From assembly GCA_019058315.1 (NCBI GenBank), contig JAHPZH010000003.1, positions 300,451 to 364,450 on the forward strand: 64,000 nucleotides of DNA, given 5' to 3'. This stretch comes from Candidatus Helarchaeota archaeon. GTDB lineage: Archaea > Asgardarchaeota > Lokiarchaeia > Helarchaeales > RDOG01. Positions 8,716 through 17,939 of this stretch are shown here, one piece after another; positions within the stretch are counted from its first letter, which is position 1, and each line of letters opens with the position of its first letter. A program made the position numbers and the translations under genes. The notes under the pieces were generated by a model, which searched no databases, was not told the DNA's origin, and was given only the letters and a program-made list of their open reading frames with translations.

Positions 8716-9903
8716 ATGTCTCTTGATTTATTAGAAAAATATTCTAAAATTGTTTATTACTGTTCACACTGTCGATTATGCTCTATAGCAAACTACCATC
8801 TTTTAAAAGATTGGGTTCCTATTTGTCCCTCAGGCGAATATTTCAAATTTGAAAGTTATTTCTCCTCGGGAAGAATGGAATTAATACGTGGATTATTAGA
8901 AGGAGAACTCAAACGCACTAAAACTGAAACTATAATGAAAATAGCATTCGGCTGCCAAGTTTGTGGAGGTTGTTATACACAGTGCTCAGATCACACAGCC
9001 TTAGGAGAAACTCAGCAACAGGTGGAAACCTTTGAGGATTTAAGAACTGCACTTGTTGATATGTATGGAGCATTACCTAAACATCAAGAATTAGCTGATG
9101 ATACTACTAAGGACCATAATCCCTATAAGGATAGCAATAATAATCGTTTCAATTGGTTAGAGGGAAAAAATATTCCCGCAGGGTCAAAAACAATCTATTT
9201 TGCAGGTTGCACCGCCTCATTTCGGGAGCAAGAAATTGCTAAAGCTACTGTCAACCTGCTAGAAGCGGTAGGGCAAGATTTTTCTATTCTTGGACCAGAT
9301 GAATGGTGTTGTGGATCTCCACTTCTTAGAACAGGGCAGAGAAAAGTTGCGATGCCTCTCATTGAACATAATTATAATATATTAAAAGAAAGAGGGATTG
9401 AAAGAATAATAACAAGTTGTGCTGGCTGTTATCAGACCATTAAAAACGATTATCCCAAATTTTTAGGTAAGAAATTGGATATTAAAATTGTCCACTCTGT
9501 CCAATTTTTCCAAAATAAAATTAAAAGTGGAGAGTTGAAATTAAAAGGAAAAGATCTTAAAATTACTTATCATGACCCCTGCCATATTGCTAGACATGCA
9601 AACATTAGAAAAGCTCCACGTAAAGTAATAGAAGCCATACCTAATATAAAATTTGAAGAATTTCAACGGAATAAAAAGAATGCTTGGTGTTGCGGAGCAG
9701 GTGGTGGAGTTAAGAAAGCTTTTGGCGATTTTGCAAATTGGACAGCTAATCAACGAATACTAGAAGCGGATAAAATTAAAGATTTACAAGCTATCGTATC
9801 AACATGCCCTTTCTGTAAAAATAATTTAAAACAAGCTGTTGAAAGAATGGGTCGAAAATATAGAGTAATGGACTTAACTGAGTTATTGCAAGAGTGTATA
9901 TAA
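8716..9903 (+). CDS. HdrD/GlcF-like Fe-S protein with two CCG domains
   Basis: CxxCxxC...CP and CxxCxxCxxxC; FAGC...WCCG...SCAGC and HDPCH...WCCGAGGG...TCPFC; 10 bp after the GlcD-like gene with a GGAGG RBS. Confidence 0.88.
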   Translation: MSLDLLEKYSKIVYYCSHCRLCSIANYHLLKDWVPICPSGEYFKFESYFSSGRMELIRGLLEGELKRTKTETIMKIAFGCQVCGGCYTQCSDHTALGETQQQVETFEDLRTALVDMYGALPKHQELADDTTKDHNPYKDSNNNRFNWLEGKNIPAGSKTIYFAGCTASFREQEIAKATVNLLEAVGQDFSILGPDEWCCGSPLLRTGQRKVAMPLIEHNYNILKERGIERIITSCAGCYQTIKNDYPKFLGKKLDIKIVHSVQFFQNKIKSGELKLKGKDLKITYHDPCHIARHANIRKAPRKVIEAIPNIKFEEFQRNKKNAWCCGAGGGVKKAFGDFANWTANQRILEADKIKDLQAIVSTCPFCKNNLKQAVERMGRKYRVMDLTELLQECI

Positions 9904-10052
9904 TTTCGCAATTTTTGATTATTTTATTTATCAAAGATTGCGATATCAGTCATCTTTTTTTTTAAGTCTTTAAAATTCTAAAAAGTCCTTATTCAAATAA
10001 ATAAAAAATAATGTATTTTATATAATATAAAAAAAGTAAATCTCAATCAAAT

Positions 10053-10262
10053 CTATGGAATTTCAAGACACATTTCTTTTGCTTTTCTTACTAATTCGTC
10101 TAGTTCATCTAATTTTTTTCCTATCTTTACTAATTCTTTACCTTTATATTTTTCTTTAGCTGTATCAACATTTTCTTGAATTGAGTTTATTATATCACCT
10201 GTAGATTCTAATAAATCCATTATTTGTTCAATAATTTTATCTCTTTTTTCTTCTATACTCAA
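10053..10262 (-). CDS. Small helical hypothetical protein
   Basis: 69 aa, coiled-coil composition, AGGAG RBS. Confidence 0.65.
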   Translation of the reverse strand: MSIEEKRDKIIEQIMDLLESTGDIINSIQENVDTAKEKYKGKELVKIGKKLDELDELVRKAKEMCLEIP

Positions 10263-10358
10263 AACCTTTCTCTCCTAGCGTTTTATTCTAATATATTTTA
10301 TAATTTTTTTATTTTTCATTGATGCTTTCTTTTATAAAAATTTAAAAATTACTGAATA

Positions 10359-11168
10359 TCATTTCTCTAATTTTTGAAATTCCCATAAATCAATCTCATT
10401 TTCACAGACGGGACAAGATGCTTTTACTTTTATCCATTCCAAAAACTCGGTCTTATGAAGTTTAGTTCCACAAAATGGACAAATTGCAGTAGCTTCTTCA
10501 CTTTTTATATAATTTTGGCAAATTGCGCAAATACTTATTTTTAAACCACAATTAACGCAAAATTTTGCATCCTTTTGAATTAGTTCAAAACAATTTGGAC
10601 ATGTATTTTCCAATTCTTTTTCGATTGGACTTTCTCTAATAGGAATCAGATATGCTTCTTCTCTTTCAACTTCGCCAGGAGTTTCAGTCCGTTTCAATAT
10701 ATAGAAAGCTGATGATCCAGATATGAATTGACTAACAATTAATAAAATACGTAAATTGGAGGAATTGAGAGTTTGAATTCCACTATTAAAAATAAATATT
10801 AACAAATAAAAAATCAAGATTTCACGGATATCACTAGTTTCTATTAAAAAAATATAAAATAAGGTATTTGATAAAGTCTGGAAGCGAATCCAATACATAT
10901 TGTAAATGGAACCTATTAATAGCATATTCCATATTATTAAACCTAATATAAATCCTGTTTTTACATAATTTCTAAATTTAACTTCATCCGAATCGTTTAC
11001 AAAGAGAAATGAAACAATTATATCAAATATCCCTAATATTAAACTGAATAAAAAAGACCCACCACGTACTATAAAGGTCAATATTATAGATATCAAAACA
11101 TTAAAAAACCCCAGAACTTTTATTTTTGTAAATTCCTCCATAATTTCCACACTTATACTGATTTTCAA
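10359..11168 (-). CDS. Membrane protein with C-terminal zinc ribbon and RING-like domain
   Basis: About 5 hydrophobic segments, then CPNC..CVNC and CAIC-x12-CPFC-x4-H-x2-E..W..CPVC. Confidence 0.75.
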   Translation of the reverse strand: MKISISVEIMEEFTKIKVLGFFNVLISIILTFIVRGGSFLFSLILGIFDIIVSFLFVNDSDEVKFRNYVKTGFILGLIIWNMLLIGSIYNMYWIRFQTLSNTLFYIFLIETSDIREILIFYLLIFIFNSGIQTLNSSNLRILLIVSQFISGSSAFYILKRTETPGEVEREEAYLIPIRESPIEKELENTCPNCFELIQKDAKFCVNCGLKISICAICQNYIKSEEATAICPFCGTKLHKTEFLEWIKVKASCPVCENEIDLWEFQKLEK

Positions 11169-11311
11169 AAATATAATATATTACATAATTCACAAAAATT
11201 TTAAATTATTTTATTTTGAAAATGTACCTAAAATAAGGCATTTCTTTAAATAAAAATAAATTTAATTGTGGTTATAATAAATTTTATTTTATTTTTGAAA
11301 GAGGAATTACC

Positions 11312-12703
11312 ATGAAGTATAAAGATAAAATTGATTTATACGATGGAAGAAACAATTGCATAGCTTCAGACATTCCATTAGAAGCAATATCACCATTACA
11401 TAATCCATATATTAAAAAAGTGCTTAATTTTGTTAAACGCACTTCTATTATTAATTTGGGAAAGCTTCAGAATGTAATGAAAAAAGGTACAGTCGGTGTT
11501 ATGACGGCAGTTAAACAAGATGAATGTAAAGTTATGAACACATTAGATATACCCATAGTTAAAGATGCTCCAGAGATTGCTGAACGTATTAAGAAACTAA
11601 TTGAGGTCCCAAATTATAATGGGACTCCTGATGATACAGAAGTTTTTCTGTGTGGTAATAATGAAATTATGCTTGTTAAAATGCCAAAAGCTAGGATGGA
11701 TTTAGCTGCTAGTAGAGATGTAGTATATACTTTTCCTGGTCAAGCTCTAGCTCAAGTGCTATCAGAAATGTATGATATTAACCCAGAAACAAATCCAGAC
11801 CATTGTGGTCTTATAAAAACTGCATTGTATGGAAGATATCCCCAAACTGTTCAATTTGCACCAGGAAACGTTATGGGCGCTTTTTTAAACCCCCCACAGA
11901 CTCAAGAGGGGGTTGGAATCGGATATAGGTTAACAACAATAAATAATATTGTAGCATTGACAGATAAAATTACTTTAGACGCAGTAGCGCTATGTTCAAT
12001 TCTAGAACAGGGCTGCCAATTAGAAACTGGTAATGCCGCAGGTTGGTATGAACGTTACTGTTTGCTGGGTATGGCATATCAAGGACTTAACGCAAATAAT
12101 ATTGTTATGGATTTTGTAATAGAGAATAAATCAGGAACAGTTGGAGATGTTATTCGCTCACTTATGGAACGAGCTATTAATGATGGTATTATTAAACAAA
12201 AAGGAGAAAAATATCCAGATATCTTATTCTCGGGTTACAAACTATATTCAACTTCAGATCCTTCATTATGGAATGCATATAATTGCACAGGGTTGTTAGC
12301 TGCATCTATTATTAATGTAGGAGCAAGTCGTGCAGCACAGTGTGTATCCGCAGTATTAGGTGCATATCCCGATTTAATAGCTTTTGAATCAGGAGGTTTG
12401 CCAGATCCCGATTTCGGTCGTATTATGGGAACTGGACTCGGGTTTTGTTTCTATACACATTCAATTTATGGCGGAGCTGGACCTGGAGCTTTTTCTCTTG
12501 ATCACGTATTAGTCCGTCACACCTCTGGGTTCTTCACTCCATGTGTTGCTGCAGCTATGTGCTTGGATGCGGGAACCCAAGTTTTTAGCCCAGAAGTAAC
12601 AAGTGGAAGTATGTTTAAGATTAAAGAGGTAATTGATATCTTTAAAAATCCATTAAATAAAGTCGCCGAGGCGGCGGAGGAGATAAAATCTAAAATAAAG
12701 TAG
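11312..12703 (+). CDS. mcrB: Methyl/alkyl-coenzyme M reductase beta subunit (divergent)
   Basis: KYKDKIDLYD, PLEAISPLHNP, GRYPQ, AYQGLNANN, WNAY, DFGR and HSIYGGAGPG motifs. Confidence 0.96.
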   Translation: MKYKDKIDLYDGRNNCIASDIPLEAISPLHNPYIKKVLNFVKRTSIINLGKLQNVMKKGTVGVMTAVKQDECKVMNTLDIPIVKDAPEIAERIKKLIEVPNYNGTPDDTEVFLCGNNEIMLVKMPKARMDLAASRDVVYTFPGQALAQVLSEMYDINPETNPDHCGLIKTALYGRYPQTVQFAPGNVMGAFLNPPQTQEGVGIGYRLTTINNIVALTDKITLDAVALCSILEQGCQLETGNAAGWYERYCLLGMAYQGLNANNIVMDFVIENKSGTVGDVIRSLMERAINDGIIKQKGEKYPDILFSGYKLYSTSDPSLWNAYNCTGLLAASIINVGASRAAQCVSAVLGAYPDLIAFESGGLPDPDFGRIMGTGLGFCFYTHSIYGGAGPGAFSLDHVLVRHTSGFFTPCVAAAMCLDAGTQVFSPEVTSGSMFKIKEVIDIFKNPLNKVAEAAEEIKSKIK

Positions 12704-12704
12704 G

Positions 12705-13514
12705 GTGATTATTATTCCTGAAGAAAAACCAAAAGATAAAATAAAGTATCAGAGACAATTTTATCCTGGAACGGAAAAAGTATCTGAACGCAGAAGAAAA
12801 ATCATGGATCCTAATCGTAGATTAGTTAAATTGCGTGATATTCCAGATGACGATATTATCCTTTTACTTGGACATAGAGCTCCAGGGGCTTTATATGCTA
12901 GTGTTCACCCTCCATTGGATGAGATTTTAGAACACGAAGACCCAATTAAGTCAATAGTAGAACCAACTCCTGGTGCAAGGGCTGGTGATCGAATGCGGTT
13001 TGTTCAATTTACAGATTCTTTCTGGAGACCTCCATTTGCACCTTGGTTGCGAGCTAGAACATATTTCACTCGGTTTAGGGGGCTGGATACAGTTATTTAT
13101 TCAGGGCGACAACTTTTAGAAATGCGTGAAAGAGACTTAGAAGCTACCACCAAACTCCTTATAGAAACAGAAGTTTTCGATCCCGCTCGGACTGCACTTC
13201 GAGGAATCACAGTTCATGGACATGCATTACGTTTAGACTCCGATGGATTGATGTTTGACGCACGGAGGAGATATATTTATGATAAAGACATAGACGAAGT
13301 TGTTTATCATAAAAATATGAATGCCGAAGTTCTAGATATCCCTGTACCTGTCGGTAGACCTATGTCAGATGAGGAACTACAAGAATATGACGTTACATAC
13401 CGTTGGGATACTACAGCATATAAAAGCCGAACAGAATTGCTCATGATAGTCACGCGAATAACAAGAATGCGCATCTTGGGTGGTTTTAAACCAGATTTAG
13501 TTGCAAATATGTAA
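12705..13514 (+). CDS. mcrG: Methyl/alkyl-coenzyme M reductase gamma subunit
   Basis: QFYPG, LGHRAPG, SVHPPLDE, GDRMRFVQFTDS, SGRQ..E.RERD and VHGHALRL..DGLMFD motifs; 1 bp after mcrB. Confidence 0.96.
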   Translation: MIIIPEEKPKDKIKYQRQFYPGTEKVSERRRKIMDPNRRLVKLRDIPDDDIILLLGHRAPGALYASVHPPLDEILEHEDPIKSIVEPTPGARAGDRMRFVQFTDSFWRPPFAPWLRARTYFTRFRGLDTVIYSGRQLLEMRERDLEATTKLLIETEVFDPARTALRGITVHGHALRLDSDGLMFDARRRYIYDKDIDEVVYHKNMNAEVLDIPVPVGRPMSDEELQEYDVTYRWDTTAYKSRTELLMIVTRITRMRILGGFKPDLVANM

Positions 13515-13551
13515 AATTTTTTTTCCTATTTTTTTAATGATTTTAAAAAGC

Positions 13552-15957
13552 CTACTGAATTTCTTTTCGTTGTTTAGTGCTAGGAAATCCCTTTCGAAGC
13601 CATCCTATCATCCCACCGATTAGGTTTCGAACATCTTTAAAACCCGCTTGAGCTAATAGTCGAGCTGCCATCATCGATCTCATTCCAGAATGACATATTG
13701 TTACGATTTCTTTATCCTTAAATTCATTAAATTCTTCAATTTTATTCATTAATTCGCCCAGTGGAATTAATTTAGAACTTTTAATATGCCCTTCTGGACC
13801 GTAATATTCCTCTGGAGATCTTACATCTATAAGAAGGTCTGGCTTATCATCTGTTTCAAGACGTTCAAATAATTCATTTGGTTCTATATCTGATAAAGCT
13901 GGGGAATCAGGTCTTCTTAATTCTTTTCTAGAAATTTTGGGTAGTTTAACTGGTGCAATAACATCATCTTTCGAAATTTTACCTTTTTGTAATATTGCTA
14001 CTATTTTTCCCATACTTTTTTCGAGATTTAATAGTTTAATATTATCTGTTAATTTAACATATGCTTCTACACTTGATTTAAAACCTGGATCTGTTGCGAA
14101 AATTTTTAATTTCTTTTCACTTTCCTCAGGAAGTGTTTCAAGACCTTTTATTAGAGCATTCAATGGACCAGGACAGCTCAAACCACTAGCATCAATTTCA
14201 ATAAATTCATTACTTTCTTGAGATTTATCTTTGATAAATTCCTCCATAATTTCTTGAGGACTACCACATGCATTTATGATTTCCTCAGTTGTTGCCCTCG
14301 CCATTTCAAAAAGTCTAAATCCACCAGTTAAATTATAAACTTCTTTAAAGCCATTTAGTAATAACATTCTCGATGCCAAATAACTTCTAAAACCAGTTTC
14401 GCAAAACACATAGATTGGTTTATTCCTAGGAATTTCATCTAATCTTTTTCGTAATTCATCTACATGGATATTAATAGCGGCTTCTATAGGTCTTGTCTTA
14501 AATTCTGCTGGTGTTCTAACATCTAGAATAAAACCACCATTTTCTTTAATTTTTTCATAATCATGATAATGCCAAATTGGCATATCACCTTTAATAAAAT
14601 TTGAAGCTATAAAGCCAGCCATATTTATAGGATCCTTAGCCGAACTATAGGGTGGAGCATAAGATAATTCTAATTCTTCCAGATCGAAAACTGTTCCTCC
14701 CATTTTTATTATCGTTGAAATTATATCTATCCTTTTTTCAGCTCCAGAACCGCCAACAATTTGAGCACCTAAAATTTTTCCAGAAGACTTATTGAAGATT
14801 AATTTGAATGCTAATGGAACTGCACCTGGATAATAACCTGCATGATTATTAGGATGAAGAAATATTTTTTCATATTCATTTCCATTATTTTTTAATGTTT
14901 TTTCAGTTAAACCTACAAAAGCAGCAGTAAGATCGAAGATTTTAACAACAGAAGCACCTAATGCCCCATTATATTCTGAATCTCGACCAGCAATATTATT
15001 TGCAGCAATTCTTCCTTGCTTATTAGCAGGTCCTGCTAATGGAACCAGAGTAGGCTCATTTGTTTGAAGATTTAAAATTTGTACAGCATCTCCAACAGCA
15101 TAAATATGAGGATCTGACGTTTGCATTTGTTTATTGACTATTATATGTCCTCTAGGACTCATTTTGAGGTTTGAATCTTTAAGAAAAGCAGTTTCAGGTT
15201 TTATACCAATTGACATAATAATTAAATCAGTTTCGATTATTCTACCACTTCTAGTTTTAACATAAGGTCTATTTTTTTCAGTTCGTCCAAAAGAATCAAC
15301 CCCATCTTCTAATACCAAGCAAATTCCATTTAAAATTAATTCTTGATGGATAAATTGACACATTTCTTTGTCCATAGGAGGCATAACTTGGTCTAACATT
15401 TCAACTATTTTTACTTTCACTCCCATTTGACGTAAGTTCTCCGCAATCTCTAGACCAATAAATCCTCCTCCTATAACAACTACGTGTTCTGGTTTTTTAT
15501 TATCTACATAATTCCTAATAGCCACTGCATCAGGAATTGTTTTTAAGGTGAAAATCGGAACATCATCAATTCCGGGTAAATTTGGTCTTATTGCTCTAGC
15601 CCCTGGTGATAAAATAAGATAATCGTAGGATAGATCATACTCAGATTTATTTTTTAGATCTTTAATTTTAACTTGTTTATTATTTTGGTCTACTGAAATA
15701 GCTTCATGATTAATACGGACGTCAATATTATATCTATTGAGAAATCTTGAAATTGGTACTAATTCTAATGCCTTACGATCTTTGATATCACCACCTATAT
15801 AATAAGGCAGACCACAATTTGCAAATGATACATATGATCCTTTTTCAATCATTATTATATCAAAATCTTCATTAAGTCGGCGCAATCTAGCAGCAGCAGA
15901 TGCTCCACCTGCCACACCACCTATAATTACCACTTTTACCATTTTATCATTCCACAA
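13552..15957 (-). CDS. CoA-disulfide/persulfide reductase fused to rhodanese, TusA-like and a second rhodanese domain
   Basis: GGVAGG, SFANCGLPYY (redox Cys), GGGFIGLE, AVGDA and YAPPYS; rhodanese FCETGFRS; TusA-like DASGLSCPGP; rhodanese ICHSGMRS. Likely true start is the ATG at 15942. Confidence 0.9.
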   Translation of the reverse strand: MWNDKMVKVVIIGGVAGGASAAARLRRLNEDFDIIMIEKGSYVSFANCGLPYYIGGDIKDRKALELVPISRFLNRYNIDVRINHEAISVDQNNKQVKIKDLKNKSEYDLSYDYLILSPGARAIRPNLPGIDDVPIFTLKTIPDAVAIRNYVDNKKPEHVVVIGGGFIGLEIAENLRQMGVKVKIVEMLDQVMPPMDKEMCQFIHQELILNGICLVLEDGVDSFGRTEKNRPYVKTRSGRIIETDLIIMSIGIKPETAFLKDSNLKMSPRGHIIVNKQMQTSDPHIYAVGDAVQILNLQTNEPTLVPLAGPANKQGRIAANNIAGRDSEYNGALGASVVKIFDLTAAFVGLTEKTLKNNGNEYEKIFLHPNNHAGYYPGAVPLAFKLIFNKSSGKILGAQIVGGSGAEKRIDIISTIIKMGGTVFDLEELELSYAPPYSSAKDPINMAGFIASNFIKGDMPIWHYHDYEKIKENGGFILDVRTPAEFKTRPIEAAINIHVDELRKRLDEIPRNKPIYVFCETGFRSYLASRMLLLNGFKEVYNLTGGFRLFEMARATTEEIINACGSPQEIMEEFIKDKSQESNEFIEIDASGLSCPGPLNALIKGLETLPEESEKKLKIFATDPGFKSSVEAYVKLTDNIKLLNLEKSMGKIVAILQKGKISKDDVIAPVKLPKISRKELRRPDSPALSDIEPNELFERLETDDKPDLLIDVRSPEEYYGPEGHIKSSKLIPLGELMNKIEEFNEFKDKEIVTICHSGMRSMMAARLLAQAGFKDVRNLIGGMIGWLRKGFPSTKQRKEIQ

Positions 15958-16118
15958 TTTAGGAAATAAGAATAATATTTTCTAATAAGTAAAGATTTTA
16001 TATATATAATTCTTCTAATGAAGGAATTAAAAAAAATAGAATGCTCTTAATGTATTTAAAATGTATTTAAATTATGATTTTAAACAGAATTATAAATTCA
16101 AAAAAAATAAAAAAAGTT

Positions 16119-17939
16119 TTAGTGTGCTGGAACTATTAAATCACGTTCTCCAGCAGGTTTGAATTGTCTCAAGCATGCTTTTGCTAATGAAACTCGCGGA
16201 TTCTTAAAATCAAAGATTAAATCACGATCTGCGAATGCTACTTTTATAACTGGACTTACTGCATATGCTCTACCTCTACCTTGAGCCGCGGCCATCACAG
16301 CAGCAATTTGACCAGCTGAATGTCCCGCGGTATATGATCGAACCGGAAAATTCGGACCAGCAAATTCAAGAAGCCCACCTTCATCCATTCGGAAAGAACA
16401 TGAATATGGAAGTCCTACATGATCTTGAACTTCTTGTCCTGCCCAACCAGTTCTTACCCAACCCTCTTTCATCAACATTCCAATTGCATAATTCTGACCC
16501 TGAACACCAATTATTGGTGACCCTGTCATCATTGCAACTCCAGCTCCACCCAAAGCACCTATTACGGAAATTCGGTGAGCTCCACCCCAATGGAACTCCA
16601 TAAGAGATGGATATTTCTCATATTGTTCCATAGCTGCTTGAATCAACATGTCTATCATGAATTTCACTCTTTCCCATTTTGGAGGGATCCTAGGAATCTT
16701 AAACATAGAACGATTTTGTACCTCTGTAAATGATTCAAGCAAATCTTCCATAACATTACCGCAATATGCCCCTGCTGCCACAGCAGTTGAGAAACCTAAT
16801 CCACCAGACATATAAAATCCGTAATTCAACAATTCGGTCATAACAGCAGCTATAATGCCTAAACCCTTTGACATTTCGCGTTGTCTAGTTTTTGCATCAT
16901 CTAAATCTTCTTGTACCACTTCCCAATAAGCTCTAGCAGGCAACATCGCATCCGCTTGTTGGATATCTGCTAAAAAACCGTATGAGATTCCAGTGGGTTC
17001 ATTTTGTCCACGAGCTCTACTGAACCAAGTACGTTCACCCATATTTATAAGGCATGCAGATTTAGCAGCATATGCAATATCAGATATGATACTTTCACCT
17101 GTGAGCCTATAAGAGGATATAAATGACATCGAAGATTGCATGGCTGCCCATCTATAAACAACAGCACCATCAGCCATACGAACTGCAATTGTAGGTATAC
17201 GGACAGCTATGTATATTGTATCCCCAATATCACGTTTTAACATCTCAGCTTTAGTTGGATGAAACTCTTGATCAATATTAATGACAAATCTTCTATCTAT
17301 ATTGTCCACGAAATCGTCATTGCCAGTAATAACCTTAGCATGTGCATCATAGGTTAATCCAGGGTGAATTTCAGCCATATGTTCTTGAGCCACCGCACCT
17401 CCAGCTACTGTGTGTTGTAATGTTTCCAGATAAAGATTTACTGTTTCAGGTGTGATTTCCTTACCTGCTCTTACTTGTAAAACTCGATGTGGGATATCTA
17501 AATTCAAAATAACTGTACGTTTAATATCGTCAAGTAATTGCTGAATTGCAGCATTATTAACATGATGTAAATCGTCATAATCTACTATCACATCAGTCCC
17601 GCTTATAATATATGGCTCTAAAGCCCTCTGTCCTAGTGGAATACCGACTGCTCTGTTGTAAGCAGGTATTCCTCTTTCCTTTGCTATTTTCTTTCCCCAT
17701 TCGGAAAATTCTTTCTTACGCCCACTTTGACGAATTCCACCACGATGATACATTAGAGGGTCCATAGTTGATAATGGATGGATTCCATAAATTTTTTCCA
17801 TAGTTTTATAGATTAAACGGTCTTCCTCATTAGGAAGGAACTTCTGTGCCAACTTAGATAAATTATATTTATATTCTGTCTCTTTTGCAATCCTTTTTTT
17901 TCCAAATGCAAGATCTTTTCTTTTGGCCAAAAAAATCAC
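16119..17939 (-). CDS. mcrA: Methyl/alkyl-coenzyme M reductase alpha subunit (divergent, ACR-type)
   Basis: RQSGRK, PLGQR, DDLHHVNNAAIQQ, GGAVAQEHM, RWAAMQ, RARGQNEP, YMSGGLGF, HWGGAHR, GWAGQEVQDH, KVAFAD and PAGERD motifs. The start may be the TTG at 17930. Confidence 0.96.
   Translation of the reverse strand: MIFLAKRKDLAFGKKRIAKETEYKYNLSKLAQKFLPNEEDRLIYKTMEKIYGIHPLSTMDPLMYHRGGIRQSGRKKEFSEWGKKIAKERGIPAYNRAVGIPLGQRALEPYIISGTDVIVDYDDLHHVNNAAIQQLLDDIKRTVILNLDIPHRVLQVRAGKEITPETVNLYLETLQHTVAGGAVAQEHMAEIHPGLTYDAHAKVITGNDDFVDNIDRRFVINIDQEFHPTKAEMLKRDIGDTIYIAVRIPTIAVRMADGAVVYRWAAMQSSMSFISSYRLTGESIISDIAYAAKSACLINMGERTWFSRARGQNEPTGISYGFLADIQQADAMLPARAYWEVVQEDLDDAKTRQREMSKGLGIIAAVMTELLNYGFYMSGGLGFSTAVAAGAYCGNVMEDLLESFTEVQNRSMFKIPRIPPKWERVKFMIDMLIQAAMEQYEKYPSLMEFHWGGAHRISVIGALGGAGVAMMTGSPIIGVQGQNYAIGMLMKEGWVRTGWAGQEVQDHVGLPYSCSFRMDEGGLLEFAGPNFPVRSYTAGHSAGQIAAVMAAAQGRGRAYAVSPVIKVAFADRDLIFDFKNPRVSLAKACLRQFKPAGERDLIVPAH

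Noticed and set aside
11312-17939. Canonical methanogenesis operon
   Set aside because: Active-site motifs are strongly divergent, the gene order is broken, and no mcrC, mcrD or mtr genes are seen.
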